From Eledone cirrhosa (lineage: Eukaryota): a stretch of DNA of 64,000 bases. Location of the stretch: the NCBI GenBank assembly GCA_964016885.1, contig OZ024741.1:44516001-44580000 (forward strand), read 5' to 3'. Below the pieces are notes generated by a model. That model was given only the letters and a program-made list of their open reading frames with translations. It did no database searches and was not told the DNA's origin. A program made the position numbers and the translations under genes. Shown here in pieces: positions 1 through 12,335 of this stretch; positions within the stretch are counted from its first letter, which is position 1; each line of letters begins with the position of its first letter.

Positions 1-2914
1 CGGCAAAAGAGGCTTACAGAGACCGGATTAGCAGATTAGTTAAGGAGAGGTTGACGGGTGCAATCGTCAACAACCGATGGTGGGTATCTCTCAAAAGAGA
101 GATTAGAACAGAATCAATAAGTTATAGCAAGATGTTAGCTGCCGATAGGAATAGGAACGAGAAAGAATTAACAGGTAAATTAGAAGAGGCAATCAAGAGC
201 GAAGATGTGGCCAGAGTGCTGGCAATAAGGACGGCCTTGAGCCAGTTTTTCGATGCAAAGCACGAAGGCTGCGTCATTCGAAGTAAAATACGTGCTCTAT
301 GTAATGAGGGGGCCAAAGCCATTGGCTGGGCCCGCGTGACAGAAGCTAAGAGTGGAAATCGATCCACCATCCGGTCGTTGCAAGACGAGGATGGACGGGT
401 GATCCGGGAGCCTAAGCAGATGTGCGAGGCCTTTCAAAGGCACTTTGCCCGATTATTCGGGGGAGGCGGGGGTCCGGGCGGGGACGTGGATTTCGGTCCA
501 TACCTCGACTGCCTGCCGCGTCTCTCGAGCGAAGAGGCAGAGTCCTGCGAGGGACCAATCTCGGCTGATGAGATCGGAGATGCGCTGAGCCAATGCAGCA
601 GACGCAAATCTCCAGGTCTCGATGGTATACCTTACGAACATTATTTAGCAATGCCGGTCTTCTTCTCCGAACTCCTCGAAGCGGTCTACTGCAATTGGCA
701 GCAGAAGGGGAGAATTCCTTGTTCTGTAGCCAAGGGCGTAGTCTCGCTGGTGAGGAAGGACGAGAACAAGGGGGATAGTATACATAATTTTCGGCCCATA
801 ACCCTGCTAAACACAGAATTAAAGATTTTGGCCAAGGTGTTAGCAAAGAGGTTGGCGCTTGTCGTGGGTAGCCTGGTGGGAGATGCGCAGACATGTGCTA
901 TCTCATCCAGGTCCATTCACGATAACCTCCACCTCATGCGATACATCATAGAGAGGGTTGGCAACAAACCCGGCTTCGGTGGGGCCCTGATCAACTTGGA
1001 TCAGTCTAAGGCCTTCGATAGGGTCGACCATGGTTACCTGGATGCGGTGCTAGCGGCGGCTGGGTTTGGTCCTGTTTTCAGAGGCTGGATCACTGCCTTA
1101 CATAGCAACCACATCTGTTCTAGGATCAAGGTGAACGGCTACCTTTCGAAGCCGTTCGAAATCACACGATCCATTCGACAGGGGTACCCTCTCTCCTCCC
1201 TTCTGTACGTATTGACACTTCGAGCCTTTACTGAGGAAGTTGGAGTTGTTGCAGGGTATCCCCCTGGAACCAGGATTGAGCAAAGCGGTGTCGGCCTACG
1301 CCGATGACGTAACAGTAATGGCATCGACCGACTCGGAGATCGAGGCGATCGGTACCTTACTGGAGGAATACGAAAGGTTGTCAGGAGAGAAACTGAACCG
1401 GGAAAAACCCATCGGCCTGCAACTCGGAACGTGGAGAGGCAGACCGATGCCTCCCGACGGTGTCGTCGGACACTGGACGGAGGGCCGGGTGAAGTTGCTA
1501 GGGGTCTGGTTTGGACCGGACCTCCAGGTGGTAAAGAACTGGGGCGAGATTACGAACAAGGTGTTTGCACTGACCCAGAAATAGGCCAAGTGTAAGCTGT
1601 CCCTAAAAGGTCGGGCGGAGGTGGCGAACATTTACATAGCCTCCGTCACCTACTAGCGCCTGACTGTCGTGCCTTGCCCTAAGGAAACACTCACCACCAT
1701 GGAACGCATGCTCTTTCAATTTCTTTGGAAGAAACGCCCTCCTATGGTGAGAAGAACCATCTGCTGCCAACAACCTTCGAAAGGAGGGCTGGGGATGTCG
1801 TGGTTGATGATGCGTAGTCACGCATTAAGGCTACGTCACCTACAGGTATTCCTCACTGGTCAACCGGTGTGGGCTCGGTTCGTGAGACGAGCCTTTCCGA
1901 GACTCGTCTCGCTCACCGAGCTGCAGTCCTGGGTCAAGCAAAGATCCTGAAAACTGGGCGACTGGCACACTGAGTGTGCCCAGGCGCTCAGGGCTCTCTG
2001 GCAAGCGGACCCGGCCATCAGTGGAGAATCCACCTCGTCATTCTATAGAGGGCTGGTGGCTAGCAGGGGCGATGACGCCCTTGGAGAGTCGCTGGACATG
2101 TAAAAGGACGAACTGACCAGCCTGTTCGGTAGGACTTTCGGCCCGGGACCAATGGACAACTTCCAGAAGTCACTGGCCTGGCAGTGCTACCGGGGGGCTC
2201 TACCCGTTCGAGAAAAGCTCTCCAGACACGGGCGCCCGGGCAGGGATCCCTCGAAAAAGATTTGCCCTAGATGCGTGCGTCACGAAGAAACCGTTGCGCA
2301 TGCATTGGTGCACTGTCCGAGCGTGGCTGATCTGTGGGGCTACGCCGAACGACTGCTGTCGCGGGTGGCGCCGATTCGATTGACCGCCGAGTCCGTGATA
2401 ACAATCAAGCCGCCGCCCCTCTTCACAAAAGAAGCAAATGCGGTTTTTCTGTGCGTAATAGCCATGTTGAAAGAGGTTGTTTGGTGGACACGATTGAAAG
2501 GTCTGAGGTCAGGCAACTTCCTCTCTGGCCATAGTCTGGTCTACTTCTTCCGATATCACTTCGGAAGAAGGATAAGAATGGAGAGAGAGGTGCTTGGCCA
2601 CAGGCAGTTTTATGAAAGGTGGGTGATAGTGGCGAGAATGGCTCGTGTAAATGGGCCTTCTCTGTATACCATCCTGTAGGTAAAGAAGTGAAGGAGAGGG
2701 GAGCACCTTCTCCATGTGCTCCCCGGGCAAAGGATTGCACACTTTTTCGGGGGTGTGTGCAACCCCCATCACGTCCCCTCCCTTTTGAGGTTGTTTTTGA
2801 TTATTTTCATTTTATACCCTTTTTACTCGATTTTATGTAAACTTCCCCTTTGCATTTGTCCCTTCTTTTTATACCTTTATGGTAAGTAAAGAAATATATC
2901 TATCTATCTATCTA
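1..2914 (+). mobile_element. Tx1/L1-clade non-LTR retrotransposon, 3' part, disrupted; ends in a (TATC)n tract
   Basis: ORF2 pieces carry RT motifs (KSPGLDG, NFRPITLLN, LDQSKAFDRVDH, RQGYPLS, AYADD) and a C-terminal CCHC knuckle (CPRC..ETVAHALVHC). The 3' UTR (2680-2896) is followed by (TATC)n at 2897-2914. Confidence 0.9.
51..2679 (+). pseudogene. LINE ORF2 (reverse transcriptase + zinc knuckle), broken by frameshifts and stops
   Basis: Consecutive ORFs 51-1307, 1240-1584, 1669-1950 and 2152-2679 give a collinear L1/Tx1 ORF2 sequence. Confidence 0.9.
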
Positions 2915-3582
2915 AGGGACCCTTCGAAAAAGATCTGTCCGAGAGGCGTGCGCGACGAGGAAACAGTCGCGCACGCATTTGTACACTGCCCGGGCGTTAC
3001 CGACCTGTTGGGCTATGTAGAACGACTTTTGTCGCGCGTGGGACCAATCCAGTTGACCACCGAGTTCATTGTCATGATCAAATCGCCACCCTCCTTCAAA
3101 AACGAATGAGAGGCGGTTTTCCTATGTGTTAAGGCTATGGTGAAAGAGGGTATATGGTGGACGAGGTTAAAATAGCTGAGGTCAGACACCTTTCTCTCCG
3201 GCGAACAACTGATCGTTTTTTCAAATATCATTTTGGAAGAAGAATCAGCATAGAGAGAGAGGTGCTGTACCCCAGCAAATTTTATAAAAGGTGGGTGAAT
3301 GTGGCAAAGATGGCCCGAGTGGTTGGGCCTTCTCTCTATATAAGCCTGTAGGTTGAGGAAAAAGAGCAAGAGAGGAAGGGAGTACTCACTCTTGGTGCTC
3401 CTGGAGATGAGGGTTATATTTTTTCGGGGTGTGTACAACCCCTGTGTAACGCCTCCCCCTATTAGGGATTTCAATTATTATTTGTTATTTTATTAATAGT
3501 TTTATTTTCATATACCTATATGTAAACTCCCCATTTGTATTCGTCCCCTTCTTTTGAGCCATTGTGGCTAATAAAGTAATTT
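2915..3582 (+). mobile_element. Second, 5'-truncated Tx1-type copy (related subfamily)
   Basis: Starts at RDPSKKICPR and is homologous to 2243-2890. It shares the 3'-UTR stem-loop ggggtgtgt(g/a)caacccc. AATAAA at 3570-3575 is followed by (TATC)n. Confidence 0.85.
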
Positions 3583-3607
3583 ATCTATCTATTTATATAT
3601 CTGTCTG

Positions 3608-3649
<42 letters not shown>

Positions 3650-3652
3650 AAT

Positions 3653-3736
<84 letters not shown>

Positions 3737-3740
3737 CCTC
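3583..3740. repeat. (TATC)n microsatellite
   Basis: Direct reading. Confidence 0.95.
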
Positions 3741-3792
3741 TCTATATATGTGAATTTTCATAAAAGTGTAGGTATCTCACCGCAAAAGTGTG

Positions 3793-3990
3793 TAACCATG
3801 AATGCACCAAAGTGTAAAAATATATAAAAATATATAATTTGTAGGCATGTAAACATCCCAGAATATACGTATTTATCTGTAAATTGAAAAAAAGATACAC
3901 ACCTTTAAACGATTTTCGGATTTTAATCAACGTTCATTAGAAGACTAGTATATTATTCAATCAACCAAAAGGAAGTGTGTATTTGATCGG

Positions 3991-4078
<88 letters not shown>

Positions 4079-4272
4079 GATCAAATACACACTTCCTTTT
4101 GGTTGATTGAATAATATACTAGTCTTCTAATGAACGTTGATTAAAATCCGAAAATCGTTTAAAGGTGTGTATCTTTTTTTCAATTTACAGATAAATACGT
4201 ATATTCTGGGATGTTTACATGCCTACAAATTAGATATTTTTATATATTTTTACACTTTGGTGCATTCATGGT

Positions 4273-4274
<2 letters not shown>
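3793..4274. repeat. ~200-bp inverted repeat pair around a (TA)n tract; arms contain a degenerate HHR
   Basis: 3793-3990 is the reverse complement of 4077-4274. The arm reads tctt-CTAATGA-...-GAAA-atcgt-TT-aaagg at ~4123-4165. Confidence 0.8.
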
Positions 4275-4308
<34 letters not shown>

Positions 4309-4782
4309 TATTGTTATACTTTGGGAGGGTCATGTTGAAAATAAGAAACACACGCACCAGCTGCTTTCACTTCAATTTATTATAAATTAAATTCATAAAT
4401 TAGGGAATTTATAATTTTCCGGTTGGTTCCACAACCAGACGATTGTTCATATATTTTTCAAAGTTCTTTCGTCACACATTCTGTGACCTATTCAGTGACT
4501 GGGGATTCTTTTCTTTGTTTTTGTGCCTCTCCTTTGTTCTGTCCTACGCCATCTTGTTTTTGTGTGTGTTGTGTGCTTAGTTTGCGCATGTGTTTCATCC
4601 GGGTGTCTGTGTGTGTTTATATTTGTTTATTTATTTGTTTATTTACATGTTACTGGTTGGTTGGTTGTTCTATGTGTGTGTGTGTTTTCATTTTGTCCTT
4701 AATTGTAAGTTGTGATGTTGCTATTCCATTCATGCTTTCTATTTAATTTTAGGACAATAGACTTAAACTTTCTATTTAAACT

Positions 4783-5985
4783 TTGGACAATCGACTTAAA
4801 CTTAAACTTAAAGAACAATTAGAAGACAGCAACCTCTTAACCCTGAAAATGTACTCCCGCTACGTTGATGATATAAACATCGTAGTAAAAACAGCCCCAC
4901 TAGAGAACAGTCAGGAATTAGAGAAAAACACCATGGAAAGCATCCAGCAAATAGCTAACTCCATCCACCAGAGCATCAAAGTTACTATAGACTACCCAAG
5001 CAAAGACCCCAACCATCGATCACCTGTACTAGATACAGAGCTCTGGTTAGATACTATCAATAACAAAAAACAGATCCTCCATTCCCATTATGCCAAACCC
5101 ATAACTTCCAAATATCTGATCCACCGAAACTCAGCTGTTTCGGAACACACCAAAATCAACATACTGATTGCGGATTTGGTACGGGTGATGAGAAACGTGT
5201 CCCGCATGTGCAACCCCAAAGAACTAGAGAGACACATACAACACTTCATCCACCGTATGCAGTTCTCTGGTTACAATCAGAGAGATACGATCATTGTATA
5301 TAGAGGAGCCAGAACCAATGGGAAAAAAATGATAAATAATGATACAAATGGGACCTGCCCCTTGTATAGGAGCAAATTTTAGAATAGAATAGAAAGAACT
5401 AGGAATAAGGTTAATAGAATAAACTCATGGTATGATAGCAATAAATACCAGAGTGCAATGTTCATCAATACAACCCCTAGAGGTGAATTAGCTTACAAAT
5501 TCAGAAGGGCCCTAGATAAACATACACTCAATATTAATATAGTACCTCAATATTAATATAGGATTAATGAGGTACCTCCATAAAAACACTTATTAGCAAT
5601 ATATACCCTTTTCAAATACCTCCCTGTATGGATAAGTAATGTATAACCTGTAAACTAAGCCCCCATATTAACTGTAAAACTAGAAGTGTAGTATATAGCA
5701 TAAGATGTACTGAAGGACAATGTAGAGATAAGAATATAGTGTACATAGGTGAGACAGCTCGTAGTATAGTAGAACGGATAAATGAACACTGGCGAGAGCT
5801 TCAAGATAGTAAAGAATCATCCGTACTCTACCAACATGGTAAAATAGAACATAAGGGTAAATTAAAGAACAGAAATAAAAATAGAATCTACACACAGAAA
5901 AGATGCAATGTTGAGACAAATCACAGAGGCAATAAACATAAATGAACTCCAACCAAAATTAAATAGAAAGCATGAATGGAATAGC
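4783..5985 (+). pseudogene. PLE RT + GIY-YIG endonuclease ORF, disrupted
   Basis: ORFs 4783-5382 and 5739-5945 plus frameshifted coding sequence between them. Confidence 0.85.
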
Positions 5986-6204
5986 AACATCACAACTTAC
6001 AATTAAGGACAACATGAAAACACACACACACACATAGAACAAACAACCAACCAGTAACATGTAAATAAACAAATAAATAAATGAACATAAACACACACAG
6101 ACACCCGGATGAAACACATGCGCAAACTAAGCACACAACACACACAAAAACAAGATGGCGTAGGACAGAACAAATGAGAGGCACAAAAATAAAGAAAATA
6201 ATCC

Positions 6205-6275
6205 CCAGTCACTGAAGAGGTCACAGAATGTGTGACGAAATAACTTTGACAATATATGAACAATCGTCTGGTTGT
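6205..6275 (+). ncRNA. Hammerhead-like core in the PLE pseudo-LTR
   Basis: CTGAAGA-g-gtcaca-gaatg-tgtgac-GAAA at 6212-6240. Stems I and III are not clearly resolved. Confidence 0.5.
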
Positions 6276-6459
6276 GGAACCAACCAACCAACGTGAAATT
6301 TATAAATTCCTAAATTTATAAATTTAATTTATAATAAATTGAAGTGAAAGTAATGGTGCGTGTGTTTCTTATTGGCAACATGACCCTCCCAAAATATAAC
6401 AATATCGGTTTCAACACACGTTTTCAGATAAAGAATCTTGCTAAACAAATTCAGAAACG

Positions 6460-6545
<86 letters not shown>

Positions 6546-6554
<9 letters not shown>

Positions 6555-7044
6555 TAAACAAATAATGAACAAACAATTCCTTATATTAAACAAAAAAAGG
6601 TTCACTATTTAACGATCGTTTCTAGGGTATATATGTGCTATAATTGGTATGCATATTTAACAGATCTATGTACAAAATTATACAAAATTATACAAATTAT
6701 CAAGATTAAATATACATACCTAACTCATACATGAGTTAGGTATGTATATTTAATCTTGATAATTTGTATAATTTTGTATAATTTTGTACATAGATCTGTT
6801 AAATATGCATACCAATTATAGCACATATATACCCTAGAAACGATCGTTAAATAGTGAACCTTTTTTTGTTTAATATAAGGAATTGTTTGTTCATTATTTG
6901 TTTAATATTTTATCTTGACTCTGTATACCGTTTATCTTTCACCGAAATTGGATTTTCATTACATCTCTTCTTTCCATGATATCCGGAATACATTGAGTTC
7001 TTCATACGGATTGGACACTACCGTAAACTCTTGGTAGATTTATC

Positions 7045-7047
<3 letters not shown>
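6546..7047. mobile_element. Fold-back element (~180-bp arms, 6546-6912) plus tail, inside (TA)n
   Basis: Near-perfect palindrome centred at ~6730. It contains GAAA-cgatcg-TT, which resembles an HHR 3' half. Confidence 0.7.
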
Positions 7048-7110
<63 letters not shown>

Positions 7111-7152
7111 CATATATATATATGTATGTATATATGTATATATATATATATA

Positions 7153-7340
7153 GTTAAAGAAAGAAGAGTAACATGGTTGGCTGTACAATAAGGGCTTTAT
7201 TTAAAGTAAAGTGCTGACAATTGTTTCGTTGATCTGGTGCGTCTAGAGTTCGCTAATCGCTTGATGCTGCGTCAATCGATCTCCAATACGTTGTTTACAA
7301 CCAGTCAGGATCACTTCTGACGATAACTTGGTATCCCATA
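7153..7340 (-). mobile_element. Short (TA)n-inserted element with a degenerate HHR
   Basis: The minus strand reads CTGACTG-gttg...caac-GAAA-caattg-TC-agcac, then AATAAA. Confidence 0.4.
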
Positions 7341-7349
7341 TATATATAT

Positions 7350-7410
7350 AAATTTGAAGGCTAAAATCCAAAGCAGCGATTCTTTGCTTAAACTTTAATC
7401 TGTTATTTTA

Positions 7411-7415
<5 letters not shown>
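7350..7415 (+). mobile_element. Family F 3' fragment
   Basis: aaagcagcgattctttgcttaaactttaatctgttattttaataaa, shared with 40015-40082, 41810-41895 and 63512-63600. Confidence 0.7.
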
Positions 7416-7484
<69 letters not shown>

Positions 7485-7494
7485 GTATGTATAT

Positions 7495-7544
<50 letters not shown>

Positions 7545-7689
7545 ATGTGTATGTATGTATATATATATGTATATGTCCATTTGTGAAGAGTTTTGACATG
7601 TGTATCAGGCCTGAAATGGTATCAAGAAAGGCAAAAGTAAGATCATTCGGCTGGAATTTTCTGACGCCATTGTATTACTTACCTCGTCA

Positions 7690-8372
7690 AAAGGTGATTT
7701 CCTGTATCCACTTCATTGATAGATTTGCTGCCGAGAGCGGCAAGAGAGGAATGAAAATCAGTGCTGCGAAGACTGAGATACACATCGTCTAAAGGAAGCC
7801 TACTTTGTGAACTATGCCTGTGAGTGGAGTTCCACTGAAGCAGGTCGAGATGTTCAGGTATCTCGTGGTCATGGTCAGGAATGATGGAAGGCAAGGGGCT
7901 GAATTATGTGCAAGATTTATAGTAATGCACCACCTTCAACATTAGGTAATCAGACAATAGGGAGGTACGTGTAAAGGCCAAACTCGCTAAATTGAATTCG
8001 GTATTTGTGCCAATCGTCTCCTATTCGTATGAATCTTGCATAATAAATGAAAATATACAATCGCGAATACATGAAATGAGGTTCCTGTGAAGGGTACTTG
8101 AAGCAACGCTCCTCGATAGAGTGCCTGCGTAGCTCGGATATCAGAAATTGATTTCAAATAGAAACGCTTCATCTCCGAATTGAGAGATCACAGCTCCGAT
8201 AATACGGACATACTGATAGAAAATCTCAGGAAAACATCGCTAGCAGATGTTATGGGCAAAAGATATCGACAAGAAAGGTTTCGTAGCATTAAAGCAAGAT
8301 GTTTGGCTGGTCACACTGGGGATCCAGCCGGATGAATTGGAGACGGTTACATGTGACAGAACCGCTTCCAGA
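7690..8372 (+). mobile_element. Decayed RTE-clade LINE 3' fragment with a (GAA)n tail
   Basis: GMKISAAKTE and ctccgaattgagagatcacagctccgat (LRIERSQLR). Homologous to 60600-61340 and 62450-63120. Confidence 0.75.
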
Positions 8373-8466
8373 GAAGAAGAAGAAGAAGAAGAAGAAGAAG
8401 AAGAAGAAGAAGAAGAAGAAGAAGAAGAAGAAGAAGAAGAAGAAGAAGAAGAAGAAGAAGAAGAAG

Positions 8467-8495
<29 letters not shown>
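8372..8495. repeat. (GAA)n microsatellite (LINE tail)
   Basis: Direct reading. The same terminus and tail appear on the minus strand at 37175-37214. Confidence 0.95.
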
Positions 8496-8497
<2 letters not shown>

Positions 8498-9664
8498 TTA
8501 TGTGTGTACCGTACCTGTGTGTGGATCTATATATAGTTTACTTAGCTGGAAAGCAGAGTATTAAAGTAAAACTCGATACACATCGATTATTGCTAATCTG
8601 TTGCTAATGGTCAGCTACTAATGAACTCTAAACAATGTAAAGGAGAAACATATTTAGACTTTAGCTAGCAAAAACAGAATTTCCCAAGCACTGTATTGGT
8701 TAAATCTTCAATATGTTGTTTAATACTACATTACACTCTTTCAATAGCCGGCAAAATGGCAGAGTCGCTACAACGTATGTTAGAATGCTTTCCGATATGC
8801 ATTTCGGCTCTCTGCTCACTGCGTTCAAAATTCACTGAGGCCTTCCATCCATTAGAGGTCGATCCAAAAGTACCAATCTTATATTGGTGTTGATTCTTCC
8901 TCTATATATTTTGCTCACTTCCATTCCCTCTATCCGTCTCTGGAAAATATGTTCTGTATTCAGACCTAGAGAGCATTGAGCTACACCAGGTTTTAAAATG
9001 CCCCAGAAACGACGTATATCAATACGGCGCCCACTACAGCTCCTTCAGGATATACAGGATCATACCATACATACTCTTTCAAACTTCAGAACATTGATCA
9101 TACTGTAATATATTGCTCTATAATTCAGTATATTACATGTAATCTATTCCTAAAAACCAAACATTTCTTCCTATTATCGATAACTACAACACAATACTTC
9201 AGGCACATTGCATCAGTATAAACTCGTCAACTAAATGTTCTTTTCTAGTAAATAACTCCCTGCCTATTTCAGATTTTCATTTCCTAGAGTTTATAAATCG
9301 TGCATGGTATTATTAGTTTTCTCTTCTCATTTCAGTTATTTCCACTTATTCTTGTTATTTTACTTTATATATCTGCTATTTGTGTGGCAATTTGCATTCC
9401 AAATTAAAATGTATTGATATAAACCTTTGTGACACTATATTTTATTTTCGAGCAACGAATGCAAGTTACATCTATTTTAAAATTGCATTTAATTTAAAAT
9501 TCAAATTTCATATATTGTTATAATTTTTATTAATTTCTTCTTCAATATTTCAGTGAAATTTCATGGTAGTGAATCTCTCAAATGAGTCTAAAGCAAATTG
9601 CTATTGCTGAAAATTTCATTTTACTTATATTGCGAATTCAAATGTTTCTAAGCAAAATATTCCA

Positions 9665-9708
<44 letters not shown>

Positions 9709-10231
9709 ATATGCCACAGAGAACACAGGAATATTTTTAAAGATTAATGTTTTACTGTGAAATATTTCGATGCGTCAGATGCAATAACTCTGCAGCAATT
9801 GAGTGACATGCTGCAGAGAAAGAAATATACAACAGTTATACTTCAAATGTACAATTATTTCCTTTGTAAAATCACAAATTCCACTGTAATCATAGTCGCC
9901 ATAAATGTTAAGCTCTACAAAAATGTGATTGATATATATGTATGCATATATATATTATTTATATATAGCCATGGTTGCTACAGTTAAAAGAGAATCCTGG
10001 TAGATGCCTACACCCATAGACTGATGAAGTCTATTGCTTTTATGCTCTTGTATTTCTGATAGTCTTATATATATATATATAAAAGAAATAGGATTTCGCT
10101 TCAAGCATGGCTTTATACAATATGTATAAATATTTCGTATCTCCAAAGAAATACGGTTATAGGAAGCCGTAGCTATGCAAACACCGGGAGCTAACGCTCT
10201 CTGGTGATGTCCAGCAGAAGCAAGGGGGAAA

Positions 10232-10275
10232 ACCGTCTATGTATTTCAGGCTTAACTGATTTTCGTCAGGACGGT
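10232..10275 (-). ncRNA. Type I hammerhead ribozyme (family C)
   Basis: accgtc-CTGACGA-aaatcagttaagcct-GAAA-taca-TA-gacggt. Stem I is 6 bp, the triplet is AUA and stem II is weak. Confidence 0.7.
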
Positions 10276-10317
10276 CCCTCCTACCGCTTGCGCGATTGGA
10301 CTAGAAGACAGGCGTGA

Positions 10318-10367
10318 ATATATAGATTTCTCGTCTGTGTAAATGAGGTGATTAATCTCATTTGCAT
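10318..10367 (-). promoter_or_regulatory. Octamer + TATA-like box (family C)
   Basis: ATGCAAAT (minus strand, 10367-10360), then TATATA ~35 nt downstream. Both lie upstream of the HHR. Confidence 0.4.
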
Positions 10368-10426
10368 ATGAAGCTGCATAAGTTGGCTTAACTTATAATA
10401 AAAAGAAATAGGATTTCGCTTCAAGC

Positions 10427-10469
<43 letters not shown>

Positions 10470-10620
10470 ACGAATTTAGAAAGGTAACACACGAGTTGAT
10501 ATATATAAAAACAAATAGTAGAAAGGATAAAAGATTTTTTCAGTAGTAAATGTTGAAGAGATATTTTTATAGAAATATCTCTCCATCATTTTCTCCTGAA
10601 AAAATCTTTTTCCTTTCTAA

Positions 10621-10710
<90 letters not shown>

Positions 10711-10910
10711 TATGTATACTTACATACATATCTGTATACAGACGTACAGTAGTATGTATATAAATGCATACATGCACACATATATATATGTACGTATGGG
10801 TTAACCGACCATTTATTATAATGTTAGGTTTGTTTGTAAACAAACAGCCCGAATTAAGCCGTACAGTGTTCGCCAACCATCGTTGCCCTTTGTTCAACAC
10901 TGACAAATGA

Positions 10911-10953
10911 ACGATGAACTAGTTTCTAGCTTATTAGCTGTCATCAGCACCGT
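10911..10953 (-). ncRNA. Type I hammerhead ribozyme (family A)
   Basis: acggtg-CTGATGA-c-agct-aata-agct-a-GAAA-ctag-TT-catcgt. Confidence 0.8.
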
Positions 10954-11130
10954 ATACCTTCCTGTAAATCGATTGAACGTTTGAAAGTATATACGGCCGG
11001 GCGTACCGAATACGATAAATGGAAAAAATGAAATTTCTATTCTCACTCTTAGTACGGCTGATACTTAAATATAAGTATGTATACGTACATACATATATGT
11101 ATACAGACGTACAGTAGTAAATCACTCGAT

Positions 11131-11180
11131 ATGCAAATTAGGCTGCTCAGCCGTTAATATGCATAAATAAAGTATATACT
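11131..11180 (+). promoter_or_regulatory. Octamer + TATA-like box (family A)
   Basis: ATGCAAAT at 11131-11138, hairpin ggctg-ct-cagcc, an inverted near-octamer, and GTATATAC at ~11172. Conserved at 14750-14800. Confidence 0.45.
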
Positions 11181-11212
11181 TTCAAACGTTCAATCGATTG
11201 ACAGGAAGGTAT

Positions 11213-11255
11213 ACGGTGCTGATGACAGCTAATAAGCTAGAAACTAGTTCATCGT
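11213..11255 (+). ncRNA. Type I hammerhead ribozyme (family A)
   Basis: Same fold as 10911-10953. Stem I can extend through gacaggaa/ttcctttgtc. Confidence 0.8.
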
Positions 11256-12179
11256 TCCTTTGTCAGTGCTGAACAAAAGGGCAACGATGGTTGCCGAACA
11301 TTGTACGGCTTAATTCGGGCTGTTTGTTTACAAACAAACCGAACATTATAATAAATGTTCGGTTAACCCATACGTACAAATATATATGTGTGCATGTATG
11401 TATGTATATACATACTACTGTACGTCTGTATACATATTTGTATGTACTTATACATACTTATATTTAAGTATCAGCCGTACTAATAGTGAGAAATGAAATT
11501 TCACTTTTTTCTATATTTATATATATATAATTAAACGGAATTTTGTATTATATGCCTTGAATTTGTGGAACACTCACACTGAGTAGACGAGATCTGTTAT
11601 ACAGTTACGTATTGCATAAAAAAACTGCTTACAGATAAACGAGTTTCATTCTATATAAGTTACATGACACCTGCAGTAACTACTTAAATATATGAGCAGC
11701 TCCCCTTTCCTGTTGCCTGCACATTTCCAAATATATCCTAAAAACTAAAAACATCGAAACTAAATATTTACCCACCATTACATTCACAGATCACAGGATT
11801 GACTCCATTGCACTTTCACTTCTCTTTAGAAATAATCAGCTCTTTAATATTAATATCCAGAAAGACATATAAGGCAGTGACCACGCTCCCATCGGTTTCT
11901 TGCACACCTACCTATTCGTTTCTCCGTGTATTAACTCTAATCCTATATAGGCTTCTAAATCATTTCCAAAAAATTTCACTCTAAAACCTACTTATATTTT
12001 AATCCACCTATGTTAAATCCCTTTGTCTATGAATGTACACAAAATGAACGGGAATAAGTGATTACCTCCCCGCCTGACACTCTGTTTACTACATGCTTAA
12101 AACCAACTTATTACCCTTTTCTCTAGTGCACTTTTACGATAAATGAGTGAGCGAGAAGAAACCTCCAAAGATGCCGGAC

Positions 12180-12335
12180 ACGCATGGATTGACACAAATA
12201 CCGATTTGATGATAGTGAGTTTGGCTTTATGCCTACCTCCCTTTTTCTAGTTACCGAATGCTGATGCTGGCGCATTACTGCACCAGCTCCTGCAATTCTT
12301 GTACTAATTTCAGCTGCCTGCCTTTCACCACTCTT
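12180..12335 (-). mobile_element. RTE-clade LINE fragment
   Basis: RQAAEISTRIAGAGAVMRQ..HS is homologous to 60795-60930. Confidence 0.6.

Larger units (their letters stand above)
4308..6460 (+). mobile_element. Penelope-like element (possibly Naiad-type), 5'-truncated, with an inverted upstream pseudo-LTR copy
   Basis: RT core and thumb (YSRYVDD, PVLDT, HYAKP..SA..K, RMQFSGY, PLYR) plus GIY-YIG (YIGETARS..ERINEH). 4308-4750 is the reverse complement of ~5956-6405. Both ends abut (TA)n. The clade call is from recalled motifs only. Confidence 0.85.
10080..10428 (-). mobile_element. Retrozyme-like family C: 320-bp monomer with a 27-bp terminal direct repeat, flanked by (TA)n
   Basis: aaaagaaataggatttcgcttcaagca occurs at 10081 and 10401. 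The unit contains an HHR, an octamer and a TATA-like box. Confidence 0.7.
10708..11515. mobile_element. Retrozyme-like family A (~430-bp unit): minus copy 10708-11120 head-to-head with plus copy 11121-11515
   Basis: Two homologous copies in opposite orientation, both ending in (TA)n. The minus copy is terminally redundant. Confidence 0.8.

Noticed and set aside
122-2772. Antisense ORFs over the Tx1 element
   Set aside because: Shadow ORFs of GC-rich LINE coding sequence.
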